Notes: generated by a model from the letters alone, not told the origin. 63,933 bases of DNA, filler included, from Chrysochromulina tobinii (GCA_001275005.1; 6 parts of 6 records of this genome joined end to end with filler, not necessarily neighbours in it); one strand, 5' to 3'. Positions 23,847-36,616 are shown, numbered from the whole stretch's first letter. Translations and numbers: made by a program.

Positions 23847-25391
23847 ATGGACGTCTTCGGCGACGAGGAGGACGAGGAGGATGCACCCGTGCCGCTTTTG
23901 CCGCGTGCGAGCGACCATCCCCACTTTGCCTCGTGCCGGACGCTCTGGCCTGTAGATGAGGGACCAGCCGACGACGCCTCCTGTGAGCTCGACCACGCCC
24001 TCCGATCGTACGCCGATCGCCATGCTGACAGGGTCGCCAAGGGCCTGCATAAGAGCCGCAGCGAGTATGGCCGCGCGTGTGCGAAATCACTGCTCGCGGC
24101 AAACGAGGCATTCATATCGGGCGGCGCAGCCGCCGAGGCCCTCGGCCGCCACGCGCGCGCGGCTGCCGACTTTTGTGCGACGGCGATTGAGGAGCGCAAC
24201 TGGGACACTCCGGCGTGGCAGGAGGCCAACTTGCTCGCGCTGTGCTACCAGCTGGCTGCGCTGCTTGCGGAGGTGGCGTGTGATGCACAGGCTGTGACGC
24301 AGCCGTCGGCGCCGGCGGAAGCGCAGTCGCAGGCGGAGGCGGACCGTGGCGCAGAGGCCGGGCCTACAGCGTCTGTACGGATCGGCGCTGCGGCCATCGG
24401 TATCTTCAATCTCGCAGTCGCCGCCGCGTGCAACGAGCGGTCGGCGCCGGCGTGGCTGGCGAGCGTGAGCAGCCTGCTCCGGCGCGCGGAGGCGGTTGTC
24501 ACGCGACTGCGACCGCGCCAGCTGCATCTGGGCGCCGAGACGCAAGAGCTCGCGCCATGGCATGCGTGGCGCATCCCTTCGGCGCTGCCGACGATCAACT
24601 TGCCCGAATTCTCGGAGCGGCGGCGGGTGCTCGAGGTGGACGCCTGCTCGCTGTCGTGCGCCTCCTTCTTCTGCGAGCATTTGCAGCGCGGCCGGCCGGT
24701 GCTCATCCGCGGCCACTTGCAAGCGCAGCAGTGGGGAGCTCTGGACTATTTCAGCGACCTTCGCTCGCTCTACGTGGACGCTGGTGGCCGGCTGGTGCCG
24801 GTGAGCTTGGGCTCGCCTCTGGTGGGCTACTCGGGCGTCGAGCACTGGCCGCTCTCCCGCCTCATTGAGGAGCATCTGCTTCCTTCGAATGCGACTCACG
24901 ATGCACCGAGGCCTGAGGGGCTTCAGCCTGATGAAGAGACTAACTGCCGGGTGGTCTACATGAGCCAGCACCATCTGCTACACCAGCACCCGGCGCTGCA
25001 GGCGCTGCTCGCCGTGCCTCCGTACACTCTCGGACGCGAGATGAGCCCGGCTAATCTGTGGATAGGCACGCGCGGCACCGTCACGTCCCTTCACTCGGAC
25101 CCGTCCGATAATCTCCTCTGCCAGGTAGCCGGCTTCAAGTACTTTCGGCTGTACGCGCTCGATCAGACGCCGCTCTTGCACGCGACCACGCTACGCGCCA
25201 AGAACACGAACTCGTTTGGCACGTCGCCTGTGCGGCTCGAGGCGCCTCTCCCACCCGAGCACGCGTCCGTGGCTCAGGCCGAGTACATAGAAGGCCTCCT
25301 CGCGCCAGGCGACATGCTCTTCCTTCCCAAGAGTATGTGGCACTATGTGCGTAGCCTCACCACCTCAGTCTCGGTCAACTTTTGGTTCTGA
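23847..25391 (+). CDS. JmjC/cupin-8 2-oxoglutarate oxygenase (JMJD5/KDM8-like)
   Basis: RPVLIRG, YMSQH, NLWIG..TSLHSD, NLLCQVAGFK, PGDMLFLP..WHYVRSL..SVNFW. Confidence 0.92.
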   Translation: MDVFGDEEDEEDAPVPLLPRASDHPHFASCRTLWPVDEGPADDASCELDHALRSYADRHADRVAKGLHKSRSEYGRACAKSLLAANEAFISGGAAAEALGRHARAAADFCATAIEERNWDTPAWQEANLLALCYQLAALLAEVACDAQAVTQPSAPAEAQSQAEADRGAEAGPTASVRIGAAAIGIFNLAVAAACNERSAPAWLASVSSLLRRAEAVVTRLRPRQLHLGAETQELAPWHAWRIPSALPTINLPEFSERRRVLEVDACSLSCASFFCEHLQRGRPVLIRGHLQAQQWGALDYFSDLRSLYVDAGGRLVPVSLGSPLVGYSGVEHWPLSRLIEEHLLPSNATHDAPRPEGLQPDEETNCRVVYMSQHHLLHQHPALQALLAVPPYTLGREMSPANLWIGTRGTVTSLHSDPSDNLLCQVAGFKYFRLYALDQTPLLHATTLRAKNTNSFGTSPVRLEAPLPPEHASVAQAEYIEGLLAPGDMLFLPKSMWHYVRSLTTSVSVNFWF

Positions 25392-25610
25392 CTTCATACG
25401 AAAGTGACCCAATGCGACATACGATACCGCGGCCCACCGGAGATCTCGGAACGCCCCCCGCGGCGAGGCGCGACTCTGCGGCAACCGCGGTCCGCGCCCC
25501 GGGCGGGCGCGGCCGCGGGCGGGATCGTCGAACGGCCGCGGCCGCCCGCGGGCGGCGGGACGTGCGAGCGGGAGAGAGGGGATGACGTCATGCTGACGTC
25601 ATCGGTGAGG

Positions 25611-25710
25611 NNNNNNNNNNNNNNNNNNNNNNNNNNNNNNNNNNNNNNNNNNNNTTAATTAATTAANNNNNNNNNNNNNNNNNNNNNNNNNNNNNNNNNN
25701 NNNNNNNNNN
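25611..25710. other. artificial contig linker
   Basis: 100 nt of N with a central TTAATTAATTAA (stops in six frames). Confidence 0.95.
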
Positions 25711-28700
25711 AGGGCGGCGGCGGCAGGCGCGGCGGCGAGGGCGGCGGCGGGGGCGGCGAGTGCAGGTCCAGAAGCACCACCGTCAGCCTGTCGGCACGAG
25801 ACGCCGCCACGTAAGCGTAGGAGCCGCTCACGGCGACGGCATGAGCCTGTGTGTGCACAGCACGTGAGGGCGAGCGAGTGAGAGCGCGGAGGACATCAGC
25901 GGCGGCCGCGCCGCGGGTGCAAGCATGATGGACAAAGCTAAGGGCCACACGTACCCCATCCAGAAAGGACGAGGAGACCACGCTGCCACGGATGACTGGA
26001 GACGCAGGGTTGCTAATGTCGACTACCACCAGCGAGTTGGAATTCCACGCCGCCACGTAAGCGTAGGAGCCGCTCACGGCGACGGCTATAGCCTGTGTGC
26101 ACAGCACGTGAGAGCGAGCGAGTGAGAGCGCGAGAGGGCATCGGCAGCGGACGCACCGCGGGTGCGAGCATGATGGACGGGTGCGGACGCAAGCGCGACG
26201 AGCCTGCGCCCGAGTTCAATCACGGTCGCAGCTCCGCGTCGCACGCACCTGTTCAAGAAGAGACGATGAGACCACGCTGCCCCGGATGACTGGTGACGCA
26301 GGGTTGCTAATGTCGATCACCACCAGCGAGTTGGGATACTGCCCCGTCACGTAAGCGTACGAGCCGCTCACGGCGACGAAAGTCGCCTGTGCACACAGCA
26401 CGTGACAGCGCGCGCGCGAAAGCACGAGAGGGCATCAGCGGGCGTGGCGCCGCGGGCGCGAGCACGATGGGCGGGGCGGACGCATGGCGCGGCGCCTGAG
26501 GCCATCCGCGGTCGCAGAATTGGGTCGCGCGCACCCCATAAAGAAGAGACGACGAAACCACGCTGCCCCGAATGACCGGAGACGCAGGGTTGCTAATGTC
26601 GACCACCACCAGCGAGTAGGAAGTATGCCCCGCCACGTAAGCGTACGAGCCGCTCACGGCGACGTGCATAGCCTGTGCGCACAGCACGTGACAGCGCGCG
26701 CGTGGAAGCACGAGAGGGCATCAGCAGGCGGTGGCGCCGCGGGTGTGAGCACGATGGGCGGTGCCGACAAAAGTGCGGCGCCCGACGCCATCCGCGCCGC
26801 AGCTCCGCGCTTCACGTACATCCAGAAGAGACGATGAGACCACGCTGCCACGGATGACTGGAGACGCAGGGTTGCTTATGTCGACCACCACCAGCGAGTC
26901 GGAATTGAGCGCCGCCACGTAAGCGTAGGAGCCGCTCACGGCAACGCCAGCAGCCTGTGTGCACAGCACGTAACAGAGAGCGAGTGAGAGCGCGTGAGGG
27001 CATCAGCAGGCGGTGGCGCCGCGGGTGTGAGCACAACGGGCGGGGCGGACGCATGCAGCGGCGCCCGACGCCATCCGCGCGTGCAAAGCACCAGGCCGCA
27101 CACGCACCCCATCCAAAAGAGACAACGAGACCACGCTGCCGCGGATGACTGGAGACGCAGGGTTGCTAATGTCGACCACCACCAGCGAGTCGGATAGAAA
27201 CGCCGCCACGTAGGCGTACGAGCCGCTCACGGCGACGCCATAAGCCTGCGTGCACAGCACGTGCGCGGGAGCGAGAGAGAGTGCGGCAGGGCGAGAGGGC
27301 GGGAGGGCGGGAGGGCATCAGCGGCGGAGGCGCCGCGGGGGCGAGCATGATGCACGGGGCGGACGCAAGCGCGACGAGGCGCAGCGCGGTGCCCAAGTCA
27401 GCCGCGGTCGCAGAATAGGGTCGTGCGCACCCCATTAAGAAGAGACGACGACACCACACTGCCCCGGATAAATGGAGATGCAGGGTTGCTAATTTCAACC
27501 ACCGTCAGCGAGTAGGAATAACGCCCCGCCACGTAAGCGTACGAGCCGCTCACGGCGACGGCTATAGGCTGCGTGCACAGCACGTGACTCGCGAGCGCGA
27601 GAGGGCATGAGGGGCCGTGCAGGTGGGCGAGCAAGCTCGAGGGGCGTGGGAGCGCGGCGCGGCGTCCGAGGTCAATGCTCAGGGTCGAGTCGCACGCACG
27701 TAATCCAAAACGGACGCCGAGGTGACGTTGCCCACGATCGACCCGGAGCCCACGATGAGATCCAGAAGCACCACCGCCAGCGAGTCGGACCCAAGCGCCG
27801 CCACGTAAGCGTACGAGCCGCTCACAGCGACGCCATAAGCCTGTGAGCACAGCACGTGAGGGCGAGCGAGTGCGCGCGAGAGGGCTTCAGCTGGCGGTGG
27901 CGCCGCGGACGCGAGCGAGATGGACGCAGCTCCAGGCTACACGCACCCTATCCAAAAGAGAAGACGAGACCACGCTGCCCCGGATGACTGGAGACGCAGG
28001 GTTGCTAATGTCGACCACCACCAGCGAGTTGGAATACTGCCCCGTCACGCAGGCGTACGAGCCGCTCATGGCGACGCCAGCCGCCTGTGAGTAAGGGCGA
28101 GCGAGGGAGCGCGAGAGGGAATCAGCAGGCGGTGGCGCCGCGGACGTGCGAGCACGATGGGCGGCGCGGACGCATGCCCCGGCGCGTGCAAAGCTCCAGG
28201 CCGCACGCACATAGTTCATAAGAGACGACGATGCCACACTGCCACGGATGACTGGAGACGCAGGGTTGCTCACGTCGACCACCACCAGCGAGTTGGATAG
28301 AGCTGCTGCCACGTAAGCGTACGAGCCGCTCACGGCAACGCCAGCCGCCTGTGCGCACAAAACGTGCGAGCGAGCAAGTGAGCGCTCAAAGGGGGCATCA
28401 ACGGCGGTGGCGCCGCGGGTGCGAGCACGATGGGCGGAGCGGACGCAAGCGCGGCGCCCGAGGCCATCCGCGCGTGCACCAGGCGGCACACGCACCCCAT
28501 CCATAAGAGAAGACGAGACCACGCTGCCCCGGATGACTGGAGACGCAGGGTTGCTAACGTCGACCACCACCAGCGAGTCGGAATATATCGCCGGCACGTA
28601 AGCGTACGAGCCGCTCACGGCGACGGCTAGAGCCTGTGTGCACAGCACATGAGAGCGAGTGAGAGTGCGAGAGCTTCAGCGGCGGTGGCGCCGCGGGTGC

Positions 28701-29913
28701 GAGCGTGATGGACGGGGCGGACGCAAGCGCGGCGCGCCCGACGCCATCCTCGCGCGCAAAGCTCCAGGCCGCACACGCACCCCATTCAGAAGAGACGACG
28801 AGACCACGCTGCCCCGAATGACTGGAGACGCAGGGTTGCTAATGTCGACCACCACCAGCGAGGCGGAAGCATGCGCCGCCACGTAAGCGTAGGAGCCGCT
28901 CAGGGCGACGCCAGCAGCCTGTGTGCACAGCACGTAACAGAGAGCGAGTGAGAGCGCGAGAGAGCATCAGCAGGCGGTGGCGCCGCGGCGGGCGCGAGCA
29001 CGATGGGCGGGGCGGACGCATGCCACGGCGCCCGAGGTCATCCGCGCGCGCGAAGCACCAGGCCGCACACGCACCCAATCCAGAAGAGACGATGAGACCA
29101 CGCTGCCACGGATGACTGGAGACGCAGGGTTGCTAATGTCGATCACCACCAGCGAGTCGGAGTATTCACCCACCACGTAAGCGTAGGAGCCGCTCACGGC
29201 AACGGAACGAGCCTGTAGCACATGAGAGCGCGAGAGGGCTTGAGCAGGTGGTGGCGCTGCGAGGTCCTAACGAGCATGATGGGCGATCATGATGACGAGC
29301 ATGATGGGCGATGCGGACGCAAGCGCGGCGCGCCCGACGCCATCCGCGCGCGCAAAGCTCCAGGCCGCACACGCACATGGTCCAGAAGAGATGACGACAC
29401 CACGCTGCCACGGATGACTGGAGACGCAGGGTTGCTAATATCGACCACCACCAGCGAGTCGGACCCCTGCGCCGTCACGTAAGCGTACGGGCCGCTCACG
29501 GCGACGCCATGCGCCTGTTTGCACAGCACGTGAGAGCAAGCGCGCGAGCGAGTTTGGGAGGGCATGAGGGGCCAGGCAGGTGGGCGAGCATGCTGAAGGG
29601 GTGGGAGCCCGACGAGACGAAAGCGCGCGGGCTCGAGGTCTGCACGCACGTAATCCATTAGGGACGAATTGAAAACGCTGCCCACGATCGACCCGGAGCC
29701 CACGATGGTTGTGGAGTGCGCGAGCTGCCGCCCATCATGCTGGCTGCTCGGGAGGGCTCGTCCGAGCTCCGTCGAAGGCGGTCGCGGGCTGAATCCGCCG
29801 TCATCGGGCGCAGGCGGGAGCGGCGGAGGCGGCACTACGGTCAAGAGCGGCGGCACAGGCGAATGTGCCGAGGCCGTCACGGCGACGATCCCGTGCAGTA
29901 GTCCTCGAGCCAT
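25711..29913 (-). CDS. secreted/surface LVIVD-repeat protein, 14 repeat exons (2x7) plus proline-rich stalk; 3' end lost in gap
   Basis: AxxVAVSGSYAYVxxxxSxSLVVVDISNPASPVIRGSVVSSSLLD in ~138-nt phase-0 exons (e.g. 26092-25955) with related introns; hydrophobic N-terminus; SPPPPPP tail. Confidence 0.88.
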
Positions 29914-30546
29914 CGATCGCAGACCACAAGCACCTTCGGCTGGCAGATAAGTTCACAACCAAAACAGAGGCCCCACACTCCGCTCCGCAGTAGTTGGTCC
30001 TGTCCGGGTGCAGAGAGAGTCGACCTCCGAGCGTGAGATGGGGCAGCACTTGGGGCGGGGCGTGCGGCATGCGCGGCACTCTCCCGCCCGCCCGCCCTGC
30101 CCGCGTGACCACGCGCCCCGCCGCGCGCGTTGCCCCGCAGTGCCCCCGCCGCGCGCGCGCATTGCCAGTAACAAAGCTTTGTGGGGAAATGTGAATGCTT
30201 CAAAAATGTGAATGTCCAGTTCGCAACACGGAAACAGGACAACTGTGAAAGCCATAATCGAAATGAGACACAAGCAGGCGGAGAGCTGAGTAGCAGCCAT
30301 AGAAGAGAAAATCCGGCGAGACCCATGTATGAACTCGGACGTGGGCGGTGAACCCCCAGATGGGCGAGCCAAGGGGCAACGAGTAGATGTTTGCACGCCG
30401 CCCCCTGAAGAAACGCTAGATCCGTCCGTCCTCGCGCATGCCAACGACCCGGCATAAAGCCGGATTCGAGGCAGGGACCCTCTCAAGTTCACAGCCAATG
30501 TTTATGCCGCCATGTACCGGGAAGCTGAGCGCGCCCTCGGCTTGAC

Positions 30547-31008
30547 ATGAAGGTGCTGATCGACGCATTCACAAACGACCTGATCCGCGACCCGGTGCTC
30601 GCGACCGATGGCCACGTCTACGATCGCTCCTCGCTCCTCAAGTACTTTGCCGCCCGCAAGTCCGAAGGACGGCTGATCGTCTCGCCTCAGGACCCGGAGC
30701 AGCCCATGCGAGAGGAGTTGGGCGAGGCGCCGGCCGACGTGGCTGCGGCGCTGGCGCAGCTGCGCGCGGACGGCGAGCTGATGAGAAAGGCGCGCCAGGC
30801 ACGATCCGTCACCTTCAAGAGCCTCGAGGCCCTCAAGGTGGTGTTCGATGTGCTGGACCCCCTGTCGGAGCTGCTGGCTGCAACGCTGGAGGGTTGGAGG
30901 ACGCCGGTGGTGATCGTGTTCGGCCAGGAGACGAGCGGCAAGTCGTCGCTGCTCGAGCGGCTCGCGATGATGCCGCTGCTGCCGCGCGGCGAGGACACGT
31001 GCACGCGG
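30547..31008 (+). CDS. U-box domain plus dynamin-family GTPase N-terminus (partial)
   Basis: DLIRDPVLATDGHVYDRSSL..SP (U-box); PVVIVFGQETSGKSSLLERL..LPRGEDTCTR (dynamin G1/G2). Confidence 0.85.
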
Positions 31009-31108
31009 NNNNNNNNNNNNNNNNNNNNNNNNNNNNNNNNNNNNNNNNNNNNTTAATTAATTAANNNNNNNNNNNNNNNNNNNNNNNNNNNNNNNNNNNN
31101 NNNNNNNN
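31009..31108. other. artificial contig linker
   Basis: 100 nt N spacer with TTAATTAATTAA. Confidence 0.95.
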
Positions 31109-32624
31109 TGGTGCTTGTTCGAGCTCGTCAAGGCGCTCGCCAAGGGCGCGACGCTGCACGTGGTGCTCGCGCCCGCGGACGTGGACGGCTTCGCGGAGCT
31201 GCTGACGTATGAATTTGACGAGATTGCGGGCATCGTGGCGGGCATGCCATCGACGCGGCCGACGCGCAGATCACAATAGTCGAGGACCGCGACTACATCC
31301 TGGCCGAGGTGGCGCAGCTCGAGGGCGGCATCGGCGCGGTGACGGCGACGGTGTGCGCGTCGCTGCGCGAGTGGCTCGCGGCCGAGGGCCGCGCGGCGCT
31401 GGCGCGCATGCCGCGCGAGGAGCGGGCGACGTCGGCGCTGCAGAACCAGCTGGGGAGGCTGCTGCAGGCTCAGGGCAAGCTCGACGAGGCGGGCGTGCTG
31501 CTCCGCGAGGCGCTCGAGGCGAGGCGTGCGACGCTCGGCGATCGTCATCCGAGCACCCTTGTCTCGATGAATAATCTGGGGACACTGCTGCACGCCCAGG
31601 GCAAGCTCGACGAGGCGGGCGTGCTGTACCGCGAGGCGCTCGAGGCGAGGCGTGTGACGCTCGGCGATCGGCATCCTAGCACCCTTAGCTCGATTAGTAA
31701 TCTGGGGGGGCTGCTGTATGACCAGGGCAAGCTCGACGAGGCGGGCGGGCTGTACCGCGAGGCGCTCGAGGCGAGGCGTGTGACGCTCGGGCGATCGGGC
31801 ATCCGGGGCACCCTCACCTCAATTAATAATCTGGGGGAGCTGCTGCAGGACCAGGGCAAGCTCGACGAGGCGGGCGTGCTGCTCCGCGAGGCGCTCGAGG
31901 CGAGGCGTGCGACGATCGGCGATCGGCATCCGGGCACCCTCCGCTCGATAAATAATCTGGGGTTGCTGCTGCAGGACCAGGGCAAGCTCGACGAGGCGGG
32001 CGTGCTGCTCCGCGAGGCGCTCGAGGCGAGGCGTGCGACGCTCGGCGATCGGCATCCGGGCACCCTCCGCTCGATAAATAATCTGGGGACGCTGCTGCAG
32101 GACCAGGGCAAGCTCGACGAGGCGGGCGTGCTGTACCGCGAGGCGCTCGAGGCGAGGCGTGCGACGCTCGGCGATCGGCATCCGGACACCCTCGGCTCGA
32201 TTCATAACCTCGGGCGGCTCCTGCACGACCAGGGCCGGCTGGGCGAGGCCGAGACCTTGCTCCTCGAAGCACACGACGGCTGCGCCGCGACGCTCGCAGA
32301 GGGCCAGCGCACCCGGCTGCGCTCGCAAGCCGGGCTCGCAGACGTGCGACGCGCGCAAGGCCGCATCGAGAGCGCCCGCGCGCTCGTGGATGCACGCGTG
32401 CTCATCACGGCGCGTGCGGCGCTGGGCCCGACGGTGGACACGACGCTGCTGCTCGAGGCCGTCCACGCCCGGCTCGAGTGCGCGGCAGGCGGAGGGCTCA
32501 GCCCGCTGAAAGCGGCCCTCGAACGCATGTGAGGACCGTCCTCGGGCCGGAGCACCCTGAGACGCACCGCTGCGCAGAGGCGCTCTCGCAGGAGGAAGAG
32601 GCCGCCAGGTCCCACAGCGTATAG
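31109..32624 (+). CDS. kinesin-light-chain-type TPR repeat protein with N-terminal WCLFE (TIR/HET-like) segment; partial, with apparent frameshifts
   Basis: about seven 42-aa repeats (QGKLDEAGVLxREALEARRATLGDRHPxTLxSINNLG); WCLFEL at the contig start; frame breaks near 31245 and 32530. Confidence 0.8.
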
Positions 32625-33087
32625 GCACTTCCTGACGAGATGGACCCGGCGTGACATGCGGCGTTGAGCACGGGCTGATCGGGATGATGAGGGTCTCTCA
32701 GTCACTGGCGGAGGGTACAGTTTCACCGTACCATGCGATGGGCCCCGGCGCTCGGCGGGCTAAGGCGGACCGCCGTGCCGCGTGCGCCGGTACGGTAACC
32801 AAACAGCCGAACCGCTGGCGTGCGCGTAACCTATACCGCATTTCTAAGCTCGCGCTACACATTTTCACATTTACTCGTACGCGGTCCTAGTGAAGTTGTA
32901 CTACACCACCGTTCAGTAACGCAAGAACCTATAAAGTCGCTCCACCGCCGCAGTCTTCAGATCTCCCCGTGAGATCTCCCGCCCGAGCGTACCGAGAAGA
33001 GCCACCTTTGACTAACCTCCTGTGATCGAACCATCATCGTCCGGCGGCCCGCTCGAGGCTGCCACCTGCACCTCTCTCATCGTCGAG

Positions 33088-36000
33088 CTACGTACTTGAC
33101 GCCTGGCCGGCGTAATTGGGCACGACGTAGAGCCGCTCCCGAGCCAGCTGACGCTCCTCTGGTGAGAGGACGCGCTGTGGCCGCTCCTGCACCCAGCGGC
33201 GCGCCGATGTGGCCCAGGTACGCCGGCGCGCCGACTGCACCTGCCGACGTGCCGACTCGCTCAAGTAGCCAGGGCCAGAGGCTTGGGCGCGGTCGACGAG
33301 CGTCGTGCCGATCGCTCGGGTCGTCGGTGCATCTGGAGACACGAAACGGCCGCTTACCGGCCGGACCGATCGGCCCGAGACGAAACCGCCGTAGCCCACG
33401 TACATCTCGCCACCGCCCGAGACGGCGCCGCCCGGGACGGCGCCCAGAGCATAGTCGGGCTCGTCCGCGTAACTGCCGATCGCGTACCTGAGGAGAGAGG
33501 CAATCAGTGTCAGCAGTGGTAATCGGAGGTCATCAAGAGGCCATCAGGGCTCATCGCGTACCGTGAGCGCGCATCGAGAGGCCAGCCGTCCTTATCCAAA
33601 GCGGCCGACGGGCCGTGAGCGCTCGAGACGGCGCCCCGACCGCGCGCCGGGTCGGTTACGGGTCCCCCCACCGAGGACCTACCGGCCGACGACCAGCCCG
33701 ATACGGCGCTATCGACCGATACGGCGCTGCACCCGCCGCCGGAGTGGCCTCCACCGCTCGAGACGGCGCCTCCACCGCTGCGGCCGTACCGACGACGACG
33801 CATCCCCTCCACCTGATGAGGGAGGCAATCACCTGATGAGTGACTCACTTGATGAGGGATGTCATTCGAAGCGACGCATCTCCTCCACCTAATGAGGGAT
33901 GTCATTCGAAGCGACGCATCTCCTCCACCACCTCCTGCTCATCCGTCATCATCCGTCATCATCCGTCATCAGAGGTCATCAGAGGTCATCAGAGGTCATC
34001 AGAGGTCATCAGAGGCCATCAATCCACCTCCTCCTGCTCATCCGTCATCAGAGTTAATCAGAGGTCATCAGAGGTCATCAAAGGTCATCAATCCACCTCC
34101 TCCTGCTCATCCGTCATCGGCTGCGCCTCGTCCGCAGGCCTCTGCTTGCCGCCCGGCACGGCGCCCGGGCTGCTGCTGCTGCTGCCGCCGCCACCGCCCT
34201 CGCCGACGCCCGACACGGCGCTCGAGATAGCGCCCGAAACGGCGCCGCTGCTGCCGAATCCAAACCAGCTGCCGCCGCCGCCCGGCACGGCGCTTGACGA
34301 ATCTCGAGGGGGGCGGGTTGAGGCGGGAGAGGGCGAGAGCGCGCGAGATGTGATCTCGGCGAACGCCTGCCGAGAGAGGAGATGACCATGAGAGGAGATG
34401 TAATCAGAGGCACTCGGAGGCACTCAGAGGGCACTCGGAGGCACTCTAAGAGGCAATCAAGAGGCAATTAACGAGACTCGCCTGCCGAGAGGAGAAGACG
34501 GCCGAGTAGGCGCTGCCGAGTAACCGCCCGCGCCGCGAGGCCGCGTCACGTGCGTCGGCGCGGCGCTGCTCTTCGGCGGAGGGCGGGTAGGCGGGCTTGG
34601 GCGGCGGCGGGGAGGGGGGGCGAGCGGAGGGGCGCGCCGAAGGGCGCGGGATCGACCCGGCGTACCTGTGGGGAACGAGGTGGGGTGAGGCGGCGCCGTG
34701 GTGAGCGCTTGCATGCGCGGGCGGCCAGCCGGGCGGCGCAGGATCGGTCCTGTGCGTGCCTGTTGGTCGTCGACAGAGGCGGTCGGCCACTCGCCGCGTC
34801 GCCCGTCGTCGCGGCGGCCGTGCGCCCTACAAGGTATTTGGCTTGGTCGAGCGATCCGAATCTCGCCGTCCATCCTGTCGACGGCTGGTACGGTGGGATC
34901 TGGCCTGGCGACGCCGCGTGCTGCGGGTGGCGCGCCGAACCGCGCCGTGCCGAGCGCGCCGAAACGCGCCGTGCTGAGCGCGCCGTACCGCGCCGTGCCG
35001 AGCGCGCGCCGGGCGCCTCGTCGCCGCTGCTGCTGCTGGCCGCCGGCGGGCTCGCGTCGTGTTGGGCGCTTCCCGCGGGCTGCCGTTTGGAGAAGAAGCC
35101 CCAGCCGTTACCTTTTCGGACGTGCGGCTCGGCCGCGCCCGGGACGGCGCCTGTACCGCCGAGCGTGCGGAATTCCGCCTGAAGCTGCGCAAGGGTCTGA
35201 GCCGGATGGTCCACAGTCGGCTTGCGCACACCCTCCTTCACACCCTCCTTCACACCCTCCTTCACACCCTCCTTCACACCCTCATTCACACCCTCATTCA
35301 CACCCTCCTTGGCTCTTGGAGCCTCGGCTCGCTCGGCCGTGCCCGCCGCAGCGCGCTCGGTTTTGGCCGCGCGCTGCTTCATCGCGGTCCGTGCACGCAC
35401 CTGATGAGGGAGGCAATCAGACGTCCTTCGATAGATGAGGGAGGCAATCAGACGCCATCAGGGGCGCTGATGCTCGCACCTTGGGAATCAGACGCAATCA
35501 GACGCACTCAGACGCAATCGGATGCAATCAGACGCAATCAGACGCAATCAGACGCACCTCAGCGGCTGCGAGTGCAGCGCGTGCCTCGGCCACGGCCCGC
35601 AAGGCAGCGTCGGCGTCGGCGTCGACGTCCTCAGGGGCGGCAGGGGATCCTGACTCGGCGTCCGTCGGCGCGGCCAAAGTTGCCTTACCCGCACGCTGCT
35701 GTGCGGGCCGCTGCTTCCCTGCTGCTGCTGCTGCTGCTGCTGCGGCTGCTGCGGCTGCTGCTTCCAGTACGTCGGTGACGCTCGCGTGCCCGCGCCGGCT
35801 GGCCCACGCCGCTGCGTCGAGCCCCCACTCATCGGCCAAGTCCGTACGAGCGCCACTGCTGAGCAGCAGCTGGGCGATCTCCGCATGACCTCCCATGGCC
35901 GCGAGGATCAGCGGTGTGCGGCCGTCGGCGTTGGCGGCGTCGACGGAGGCGCCGCGGCGGAGGAGCGTCTCGACCGCACGCACCTCGCCCTGGAGGACGG

Positions 36001-36220
36001 CATAGTGCAGCACCGTCGCGCCCATCAGATTGACCATGAGCTCGAGCTCCATGTTGGGCGCCATGCTGGACTGGCAGCAGCGGTACGACAAGCGGCACCA
36101 CGCGAGCATCCACGCCGACGGAAAGGAGATCATGCCCTCGCGATACACGAGCTCGTCGATGCGTGCCGGGTAGATGCTCGACACTCGCTCGAGCTTGATC
36201 AAGCCGCGCAGGCCCGCCAT
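33088..36220 (-). CDS. ankyrin-repeat protein with long low-complexity tail; introns 35401-35557, 34666-34759, 34367-34481, 33813-34096, 33488-33561
   Basis: GATVLHYAV, GRTPLILAA and GLDAAAWA ankyrin repeats; predicted introns (two with GC donors) join the ORFs in frame. Confidence 0.75.
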
Positions 36221-36616
36221 TTGCTGCCGCGTGCGCGTCGGCGATGGACTGGTGTTGGAGCGGACCAAAAAAGGCGTTTCGTGTGTAGGACAAGTTCCAA
36301 GTTCCACATAAGTTTGCTCTCAAACTTTCGCGCGATTTGACTCGAGAGGTCGTTTCTCTCGGGAGGTTCACGGTGGGACAAAACGACAGCACACGCGGTC
36401 ATGACACTCGGTGTGCGCGCGCCGGGGGCGGGTCCGCGGTTGGCGGTACCGCGGACGGCGGAGCCGCGCTGTGCTCTCCGCTCGTCTGTGTGTGTCTCGG
36501 GGTTTCTGTCTCTTCACCTGGGTGTGCTTTTCCGCAGTCTCCAACGTTCGCGCACAAGAATATATACATCTCGCGTGCAGGTCTGATCTCGAGGCGCATC
36601 TCGCGTGCAGATCCGA

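Noticed and set aside
25655..25666. TTAATTAATTAA palindrome recurring five times
   Set aside because: It sits inside uniform 100-nt N spacers and is a synthetic six-frame stop linker.
30547..32624. Single U-box-dynamin-TPR gene
   Set aside because: The halves are separated by an artificial linker, so linkage is unsupported.
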